Part shown: piece by piece, positions 56,949 to 64,000 of the stretch
How positions within the stretch are numbered: the stretch's first letter is position 1
How the letters are laid out: the number at the start of each line of letters is the position of its first letter
Assembly (NCBI GenBank): GCA_041605955.1
Contig: JBFIXI010000003.1
Span: 22,988-86,987 of the forward strand
Direction of reading: 5' to 3'
Length of the DNA: 64,000 bases
DNA from: Acidimicrobiia bacterium
Lineage (GTDB): Bacteria > Actinomycetota > Acidimicrobiia > Spongiisociales > UBA5794
Translations under genes and position numbers: made by a program
The notes under the pieces: generated by a model
Told to the model about the DNA's origin: nothing
Databases searched by the model: none
The model's input: the letters and a program-made list of their open reading frames with translations, nothing else

Positions 56949-57845
56949 TCAGTGTCCCCACGCGGCCAGGGCCGCCCGTGCCACCTGGTCCCCCCATTCC
57001 TGGAGGAAGTGACCGCCTTCGGCTACCTCCAGCGGCGGCGGGCAACCGCGGATGATGGCGTGCACCTTGTTCATCACCTCCGGCCCCAACACCGGGTCCT
57101 GCATGCCGATCGCCATGAACGAGTGGCCGTCGAACTGCTCGGACCACCATTGGATCGCCCGGCGAGACACCTCCACGCCGTCCATCGACTTGTCCGTCGG
57201 CACCAGCGCCGGGAAGGTACGCACCCCCGCTTTGTACTCCACGGACGGGAACGGCGCCTCGTAAGCCGCCGCCTCTTCGGGCGTCAGGTGCTCGCAGCTA
57301 CGCGCCATGAGCCGATCCGCCGCCAGGTCGGGGGTGTGGGCCACGTAGTCGCGCCAGGCCAGGAACCCTGCGGACGGCACGCTGCCGGCACCGAAGCCGG
57401 TGTTCATGATCAACAGACCGGCAATCCGCTCGGGCATCGTGACCGGCACCGTCAAGCCGAGCAGCCCGCCCCAGTCCTGCACGACCAGAGTGATGTCCCG
57501 CAGGTCGAGCCGCTCGATGAACGCCAGCAGCGAGTTGCGGTGAAAGTCCCACGAGTAGACGGCGTCGTCGACCGGCTTGTCGGACCGGCCGAAGCCGTAG
57601 AAGTCGGGCGCCACCGCCCGGTACCCGCTCTCGAGGAAGACCGGGATCATCCTGCGGTAGAGATACGCCCACGTGGGCTCGCCGTGGAGGCACAGCATCA
57701 CCGCGCCGTCGGGGGGACCCTCGTCGACGTAGTGCATCCGCAGCCCCTCGTACCCGGGGAGATCATCGAGATACTTCGGTTCGTATGGCCAATCGGGGAG
57801 GTCACTGAATCGGGCGTCGTCGGTGCGGACGGCTTCGATAATCAT
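56949..57845 (-). CDS. Haloalkane dehalogenase
   Basis: LHGEPTWAYLYR, GFGRSDKP, nucleophile QDWGG, GHFLQE. Confidence 0.92.
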   Translation of the reverse strand: MIIEAVRTDDARFSDLPDWPYEPKYLDDLPGYEGLRMHYVDEGPPDGAVMLCLHGEPTWAYLYRRMIPVFLESGYRAVAPDFYGFGRSDKPVDDAVYSWDFHRNSLLAFIERLDLRDITLVVQDWGGLLGLTVPVTMPERIAGLLIMNTGFGAGSVPSAGFLAWRDYVAHTPDLAADRLMARSCEHLTPEEAAAYEAPFPSVEYKAGVRTFPALVPTDKSMDGVEVSRRAIQWWSEQFDGHSFMAIGMQDPVLGPEVMNKVHAIIRGCPPPLEVAEGGHFLQEWGDQVARAALAAWGH

Positions 57846-57854
57846 GCCGGGACC

Positions 57855-59666
57855 CTACTGGCTCGACGATTGGTGGTCCTCGGCGCCTGGATCCGACGCC
57901 GCCTCAACGGGCGGCGGCCCGCGGCGCCCGTCGACCGGGTCGATCCAGCTGATCCCCGTTGCCGCCAGATAGCCGTCCACCGCGGACCCCAAAGTGGCGA
58001 ACATCCGGTCGTCGCCGATCTTGTCGTAGATGCCGTAGCTGTGCAGCCGATCCTTCACCGGCCCCTTCAACTCCGCGAACGCCAGCGTTGCGCCCTGCTG
58101 TTCGAGCTCGTCGATCACCTCGCCCAGGACCTCGGCTCCCGTGGTGTCGATGTCGGTGATCGGCTCGGCGGCGATCACCACCCAGCGGACGGGCGACTCG
58201 GCCTCGGCGAGGAGCTGCTCGAGGCGGCGCCCGAAGTGCTCGGCGTTGGCAAAGAAGAGGGGGGCATCGAACCGATAGATGATGAGCCCCGGCAGGATGC
58301 TGGCTTCTGGATGGCGGTAGAGATCGTGATATCCCCTGCGGTCGCCCAACCTCCCTAGCTGGGCGTCGTGGGGTCGCCACGCGCGGCGCACGAAAACGGC
58401 GAGGGACAAAACGATCGCAATGACGATGCCCTCCAGGACCCCCACGAAGACAACGCCGAGCACCGCGGCCGTGCTCAGCCAGAACTCGCTGCGCCGCACC
58501 TTCCACAGCCAGACGACCTGGCCGATGTCGAACAGGGTGAACCCGGCGGCGATCACGATGGCCGCCAGCGATGCCGTGGGCATGCTGGCGGTGAGGTCGT
58601 TGGCACCGATGAGGAGCACGATGATCGTGATGGCCCCGACCACGCCGACCAGCTGGGTGTTGGCGCCGGCGGTCTTGGCGACGGCGGTGCGCGACGAGCT
58701 GGCACTGAGGGGGAAGCCTTGGAAGAAGCCGCACGCCACGTTGGCGACGCCGAGCGCCACGATCTCCTGATTCGGGTCGACGTCGTCGCCCGCATCTTCG
58801 GCAAACGCCCGCGACAGGGCGGAGGTGTCGGCCAGGGTGACGAACGCCAGGCCGAGGGCGGCGAGAAACAGCCGGCGGACGTCGTCGATCGAGAACGACG
58901 GAAGGGAAGGCTGGGGAAACCCTTGCGGCACCGAGCCCACCAGCGACAGGCCCGTATCGGCGAGATCGAACCAGATGACCGCCAGCGTCGCCCCGACAAC
59001 GGCGAGCAAGACGCCCGGGATGCGAGGACGCTTCCAGCGGACGGCGACTATCAACGCCAAGCTGACGACCCCAATGGTGAGCGCCGTCCCGTTGGTTGCA
59101 CCGTCGGCGACATTGCCCAAGAAGCTGCGGAACTCTCCAACCACGGTCGTACCCTCGGCGCTGAAGCCGAAGAGCTTGGGGAGCTGACTGGCTACCACCA
59201 CGATTCCGATGCCGTTGAGATACCCGATCCGCACCGGCTTCGACAGCAGCTCGGCGACCGTTCCCATCTTGGCCACGCCGGCGGCGATGCATATGGCTCC
59301 CATGAGCAGGGCAAGGACTCCGGCGAGGGCGACCGCCTTGACCGGATCGCCGCCGGCGCCGACCAGCGGAAGGATCGTGGCGGCAATCAGCGGTCCCAGC
59401 GACGAGTCGGGGCCCAGCACCAGGATGCGCGACGGCCCGACCAGCGCGTAGGCGAGCAGCGACAGCACGGTCGTGTAGAGGCCGGTGACGGCGGGCAGGC
59501 CCGCCAGCTCGGCATAGGCCATGCCTTGCGGGACCAGCAGCGCGCTCAACGCCAACCCCGCCGCCAGGTCGCCGCCGAGCCAACGTCGCCGGTAGTGAGT
59601 GGCGACCTCCACCCCCGGCAGCCAATTGAGGATCGAGCTCCTAACCGAACTCACTCTGCTCGCCAT
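57855..59666 (-). CDS. SulP family anion permease with STAS domain
   Basis: PQGMAYA.LAGLP..GLY, NQE.VALG.AN, S.SRT, YRFDAPLFFAN, DIDTTG. Confidence 0.94.
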   Translation of the reverse strand: MASRVSSVRSSILNWLPGVEVATHYRRRWLGGDLAAGLALSALLVPQGMAYAELAGLPAVTGLYTTVLSLLAYALVGPSRILVLGPDSSLGPLIAATILPLVGAGGDPVKAVALAGVLALLMGAICIAAGVAKMGTVAELLSKPVRIGYLNGIGIVVVASQLPKLFGFSAEGTTVVGEFRSFLGNVADGATNGTALTIGVVSLALIVAVRWKRPRIPGVLLAVVGATLAVIWFDLADTGLSLVGSVPQGFPQPSLPSFSIDDVRRLFLAALGLAFVTLADTSALSRAFAEDAGDDVDPNQEIVALGVANVACGFFQGFPLSASSSRTAVAKTAGANTQLVGVVGAITIIVLLIGANDLTASMPTASLAAIVIAAGFTLFDIGQVVWLWKVRRSEFWLSTAAVLGVVFVGVLEGIVIAIVLSLAVFVRRAWRPHDAQLGRLGDRRGYHDLYRHPEASILPGLIIYRFDAPLFFANAEHFGRRLEQLLAEAESPVRWVVIAAEPITDIDTTGAEVLGEVIDELEQQGATLAFAELKGPVKDRLHSYGIYDKIGDDRMFATLGSAVDGYLAATGISWIDPVDGRRGPPPVEAASDPGAEDHQSSSQ

Positions 59667-59846
59667 CGGTCCTTCCAGCCGTTAACCGCCGCCACCCTCC
59701 GGTGCCCGCATTCGGATCGGGGCACCGGCACGACCCAACCATGGCCGGCAGGCTAGATCGGCACGCCCGCCCGGTCACCGGCGGGAGCGACTCACGGATC
59801 GTCATGAGTTGGCGGACCCTCGACGCTCCGTCGGCCGGGTTCGCGG

Positions 59847-59966
59847 GTGTTTCGGGTCCGGGCCGATTTCCGGCCGCGGTATCGAATGTTCGCCTTGTCC
59901 TTCGAACCCGGCGACTTCCTGTTCATGCGCAAGCAAATGCTCGGTATCAAGCAGCGGGCCGAACGG
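59847..59966 (+). pseudogene. C-terminal gene remnant (SRPBCC-associated-like tail)
   Basis: RVRADFRP...EPGDFLFMRKQMLGIKQRAE with no intact upstream ORF. Confidence 0.4.
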
Positions 59967-59980
59967 TCGGCCGGCGGGGC

Positions 59981-61228
59981 TCAGGGCGCCGTTGCCGCCC
60001 GTGGTTGCTCTCCCACCCACTCGCCGCCCTTCATGACCAGGTCGACGGTCTCCAGCAGCGTGATGTCCTCGAGCGGATTGCCACGAACCGCAATGAGATC
60101 GGCATGGGCACCGGGCGCCAAAGAACCCACCCGGTCCTCCCAACCCAGCAGCTCGGCCGCCCAACGGGTGGCACTCTGCATCGCCTGCGCAGGAGTCAGG
60201 CCGTGCTCGACGTAGAGCCCGAACTGGCGACCTTGGACACCGTGCGGGATCACGGCGGCATCGCTGCCGAAAGCGAGGCGCACTCCGGCCCGGATCGCCT
60301 GGGTGAACCCTCGGCGCTGAACGTCGGTGGTCTCGCGGGCCTTGCGCATGACCTCGTCCGCATAACCCATGGCAGGGCCGTTCTCCAGGATGTAGTCCCC
60401 GTCGTACAGATCTGCCACCAGGTACGTTCCCCGCTCGACCATCAGCCCGATCGCCTCATCGTCGAGCATCGAGCCATGCTCGATAGAGCGCACCCCGGCG
60501 CGCACCGCCCGCTTGATGCCCTCCGTCCCGTGGGCGTGGGCGGCCACATAGCTGCCGGCGTCCTGCGCAGTCTCGACGGCGGCTCGCAGCTCCTCCTCGG
60601 TGAATTCCGGGGCGCCGGGGCGGGTGCCCGAGGTGAGCACCGCCCCGGTGGCCAGGACCTTGATGAAGTCGGCGCCGTAGCGGAGGATCTGGCGCACGAC
60701 GGACCGCATGTGGTCGACCCCGGAGACAACTCCGAAGCGCAGCTCGCGGGGAACAAACTCGTCGATGTCGACAGCCAACCCGGTGATGTCGCCGCCACCG
60801 CCCGGGCAGGTCACGAAGGCTCCGGCGCACGACATGCGAGGCCCGGCCACCCACCCGGCGTCGATGGCGTCACGCAAGGCGACATCGGTGAAGGCTCGCC
60901 AGGGACCGATGTCGCGCACTGTGGTGAAACCGGCGGCCAGGGTCTCGGCGGCGTGTTTGACGCCGATCAGGGCATCCTGGGCGGCGTTGCGCTGCACCAG
61001 CGCGGCGAAGCCCTGGCCCGTGTCGAGCGGGGTCGCCAGGTGGGTGTGCACATCTATGAGGCCCGGCAGGATCGTGTAGCCGGGGAGATCGGTCGTCTCT
61101 CCTGTCACTGACTCCGCTGGGGCGACCGCGGCGACGCCCTCGCCTTCGATCACGACCGCGTGTTCCTGCCACATCCCGCCGCCGACCGAATCGAACACTC
61201 GGTCGGGGACCAGGACATGGCGCTGCAT
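59981..61228 (-). CDS. Metal-dependent amidohydrolase (prolidase-like subgroup)
   Basis: PGLIDVHTH, GFTTVRD, FIKV, HAHG, IEHG, GSDA. Confidence 0.92.
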   Translation of the reverse strand: MQRHVLVPDRVFDSVGGGMWQEHAVVIEGEGVAAVAPAESVTGETTDLPGYTILPGLIDVHTHLATPLDTGQGFAALVQRNAAQDALIGVKHAAETLAAGFTTVRDIGPWRAFTDVALRDAIDAGWVAGPRMSCAGAFVTCPGGGGDITGLAVDIDEFVPRELRFGVVSGVDHMRSVVRQILRYGADFIKVLATGAVLTSGTRPGAPEFTEEELRAAVETAQDAGSYVAAHAHGTEGIKRAVRAGVRSIEHGSMLDDEAIGLMVERGTYLVADLYDGDYILENGPAMGYADEVMRKARETTDVQRRGFTQAIRAGVRLAFGSDAAVIPHGVQGRQFGLYVEHGLTPAQAMQSATRWAAELLGWEDRVGSLAPGAHADLIAVRGNPLEDITLLETVDLVMKGGEWVGEQPRAATAP

Positions 61229-61262
61229 GACCCGAAACTACCGCCTTCGATCTCTCGGAAGC

Positions 61263-61569
61263 GATCTGGCCGGGTACGGGTCGGTGATCGCCAACATCGC
61301 CCGCCGGTGCGCCGAGCAGCAACTCCGGGCACCCTGGGGGTTCACGGTCACCGATCCGAACACGGAGAGGTAGTCGCCACCGGCACCACGAAGCGAGCCG
61401 TGGGTGGAGACCGGTGTCACCGACGTGGCCGATCTCGGCCCGTGTTGCCGGCACGACCACATGATCCGCCACGACCACGGCTGGGCCTATTGCTACCTAC
61501 CAGACGGCCGTATCGAATGGACAACGCGGCTCGGCCGCAAGTACACAACACGACCGACCCCGGACGCGC
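61263..61569 (+). pseudogene. DUF222/HNH endonuclease remnant
   Basis: LAGYGSVIANIARR...FTVTDP, frameshift to GEVVATGTTKR, then PWVETGVTDVADLGPCCRHDH..RH..GW...PDG..EWTT.LG.KY. Confidence 0.65.
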
Positions 61570-62769
61570 TCAGCCGGCGTTGGGCTGAGCCGCGCTCGGA
61601 TCATCGAGGCGCAGCCAGCCGATCACCGCCACCCACCAGACCGCCGACAAAATCGCGAACAGCGCCAGCGCCAATGCCCATGGCGCCGGCCGCCACCAGC
61701 CGATCAGCAAAGCGGCGCCGGCGCCCATGAGCAGCGCGGTCGTCAGCGGGCGGTAGATCGAGGCCAGGCGGCCGTAGTCGGCGAGCGTGCTCATGATGTA
61801 GGTGAGCGCAGCCAGGGCCACCGCCACCGATGCGCTGAGCACCCACGCCGCCGCGGTCGGGCTACGACCTTCGCCGGCGTGTTCGACCAGGCTCACCAGG
61901 GCAGCGCCGGAGGCGGCGATCGCCATCACCACCGGGAGATGGCTCAACATCCAGCGCACGGTGCGCCCGCCGCTCTGGGGCATGCGCCTCCCCACGAAGT
62001 CGAAGTACGTCCACCAGATACCGAACCCGATCGCGAGACCGATCAGGCCGGTAGCGATCGTGCGGAAGTCGCGGGTCGCCTCGGACAATCCGGTAACGAC
62101 ACCAACAACTACCTCGCCCAGCACGATGATCGTGAATAGCCCGAAGCGCTCCACCGTTGAATCCGTCGCCCGAAAGGCGAGCTCCTCGTCCATGGCGCCC
62201 TCGAGCGTCCTTGCGCTGACCACCCACCCCGCCACGAAGAACCCCCAGATGGTCAGCCGTGCCCCGGCCGGCACAAAACCGCTGACGAGGATCACCACGA
62301 CCGAGGCCAACATGGCGGTCAGATACCGGGCCGTCATCGCCATGTACTCGGCTGCGTCGCGGCGCCGCACCGTGAACCACATCCAAGTGAGGACCAGCAG
62401 GAATGCCGTATACACCAGGGCGAACCCCTGGCCCGACTCACCCGCCGCATCTGCGGTATAGACCGCCAGCACGGCGAGGATTCCCATCTGGAGGAAGATG
62501 AACGTGCGGCTCCTGCCGTCCTCCCGGCCGTGCAGGTCCTGATAGAGCGAGCCGTTGAGCCACGCCAGCCAGATCATGCCGAAGATGACGGCGAACTCAC
62601 CCACGCCTCGCCAACTCAAATGCTCCGCCAGGTGATGGGCAGCCCGGGCGATCACAACGACATATACGAGGTCGTAGAACAGCTCGATGAACCCGACGGA
62701 GCGGTCCTCTTCGACCTCCCCGTGCGCTCGCGGCGGCCGCCAGAATCGGGAACGGAACTCTCGAAGCAT
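61570..62769 (-). CDS. Low temperature requirement protein A (LtrA) family
   Basis: ELFYDLVYVV, ERFGLFTIIVLGE, WWTYFD; many TMs. Confidence 0.9.
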   Translation of the reverse strand: MLREFRSRFWRPPRAHGEVEEDRSVGFIELFYDLVYVVVIARAAHHLAEHLSWRGVGEFAVIFGMIWLAWLNGSLYQDLHGREDGRSRTFIFLQMGILAVLAVYTADAAGESGQGFALVYTAFLLVLTWMWFTVRRRDAAEYMAMTARYLTAMLASVVVILVSGFVPAGARLTIWGFFVAGWVVSARTLEGAMDEELAFRATDSTVERFGLFTIIVLGEVVVGVVTGLSEATRDFRTIATGLIGLAIGFGIWWTYFDFVGRRMPQSGGRTVRWMLSHLPVVMAIAASGAALVSLVEHAGEGRSPTAAAWVLSASVAVALAALTYIMSTLADYGRLASIYRPLTTALLMGAGAALLIGWWRPAPWALALALFAILSAVWWVAVIGWLRLDDPSAAQPNAG

Positions 62770-62839
62770 CAGCTCGACCTGCCTTCGATCAATCGCGGTA
62801 TCAGTAACAACCGATGCTGGAACCCGCCCAACACTCGCC

Positions 62840-63607
62840 TCAACGTCCGAACTGCTCGCGCAGCACGCGTTCGTTGTAGCCGATGTCCTTGTCGAACAAC
62901 AACCGGGCCTGCCGAGACGACTCACGCACGTCGACGGCTCGTACGTTGCGAATCTCGGTGGAGTCCGCAACGGCGGACACCGGCCGCTTGTGGGGATCGA
63001 GCACGTCGATTCGCACTTGCGAAGACGAGTGCAACAGGGCTCCCGGCCAGCGGGCCGGACGGAAGGGGCTGATTGGAGTCAATGCCAGGATGTTGGCCTG
63101 CAGCGGGATGATCGGCCCCCCGGCGGAGACGTTGTAGGCGGTGCTGCCGGCGGGGGTGGCTACCAGGACCCCGTCGGCGATCAGCTCGGGGATCCGCACG
63201 ACGCCGTTTACCGAGATCGCCAGCTTGGCGCTCTGATGAGTCTGGCGCAGCATCGACACCTCGTTGAGGGCGTAGGCGTCGATCTCGGCGCCCGACTCGG
63301 TGTGAGCCCGCATCGCCAGCGGGTGGATGATGATCTCCTGAGCGTCGGCGATGCGCTGCTCCAAGTCCTCGACGCGGTATTCGTTGAGGAGGAAGCCGAC
63401 GGAGCCGCAGTTCATGCCGAACACGGAGACGTCGCCTTCCAGATGGCGATGCAGGGTGCGCAGCATCTGGCCGTCGCCGCCGAGCGCCACCACGACAGTC
63501 GCCTCGTCCGATGGGGCCGCCGGATAGACCTCGGTCAGCTCGGCGAGCGCCGCTTGCGCCTCCGGGGTATCCGAGGCGGCAAAGGCGATTGCCATCGAGT
63601 CCGTCAT
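62840..63607 (-). CDS. nadK: NAD kinase
   Basis: GGDG, G.VGFL, LNE, DG..VATPAGSTAY..SAGGP. Confidence 0.94.
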   Translation of the reverse strand: MTDSMAIAFAASDTPEAQAALAELTEVYPAAPSDEATVVVALGGDGQMLRTLHRHLEGDVSVFGMNCGSVGFLLNEYRVEDLEQRIADAQEIIIHPLAMRAHTESGAEIDAYALNEVSMLRQTHQSAKLAISVNGVVRIPELIADGVLVATPAGSTAYNVSAGGPIIPLQANILALTPISPFRPARWPGALLHSSSQVRIDVLDPHKRPVSAVADSTEIRNVRAVDVRESSRQARLLFDKDIGYNERVLREQFGR

Positions 63608-64000
63608 GCGGGCTGCAGGTTACGGCGCAGCGGCACCCGGTAGCGACCAGTGAACACTTGGGCCGCCTCCGGGCGGCCCAGGCGCCGGTAGACCTCCCCG
63701 GGAATCCCGATATCGGCGAGGATCAACTCCCCGGCCTGGTCGGCGCACAGCCCGGGCTTGGGCAGCGCCAGCGTCATCGTCACCGCGGCGGTTATGGCGG
63801 CGCCGGGCGCCTGCCCGGTCGTGGCATCCACCCCGGAGGGCACGTCCAACGACAAAACGGGAGCCGGGGCCGCATTGGCCCAGTCGATGAGCGCGCGGGC
63901 GCTTCCTCGCGGCGGCCCGAGCAGGCTGTATCCAATGATGGCGTCGATGATGAGGGCCGCCTTTTCGGGGGGCATGGCCACCACGGTGCCGCCTGCATAG
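63604..64000 (-). CDS. nnrE: NAD(P)H-hydrate epimerase (YjeF_N), 5' truncated by window
   Basis: IIDAIIGYSL, SLDVPSG, T.TLALPK.GL, LADIGIP. Confidence 0.88.
   Translation of the reverse strand, partial: YAGGTVVAMPPEKAALIIDAIIGYSLLGPPRGSARALIDWANAAPAPVLSLDVPSGVDATTGQAPGAAITAAVTMTLALPKPGLCADQAGELILADIGIPGEVYRRLGRPEAAQVFTGRYRVPLRRNLQPA

Overview
High-GC bacterial chromosomal window that reads like Actinomycetota, probably Acidimicrobiia (inference from the F420-type LLM, homodimeric aceE, DUF222/HNH remnant, several ECF sigma factors and pervasive leaderless promoters). It holds about 60 CDSs, mostly housekeeping or metabolic: ABC transporters, hut operon, aceE, metY, SDRs, fdhD, tam, SulP, NAD kinase. 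I saw no rRNA, tRNA, CRISPR array or intact mobile element. Highlights: (1) a CRISPR-free protease-sigma module at 25.5-32.4 kb (TPR-CHAT caspase-like protease, ECF sigma, soluble putative anti-sigma, divergent cytoplasmic S8 protease, fasciclin-OmpA gene), with a GTATC-N17-(C/A)TC motif upstream of three of its genes; (2) a hut operon with hutF but no hutG, where a translationally coupled peptide deformylase fills the slot of the missing deformylase; (3) an unassigned ~270-nt structured RNA candidate between two small ORFs; (4) an ECF sigma coupled to a domain-permuted Ogt-Ada(Zn) protein; (5) a degenerate sigma-TM-beta-propeller fusion; (6) a SAM-II-like riboswitch followed by a terminator. 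Family assignments come from motif recognition by eye; no database searches were run.
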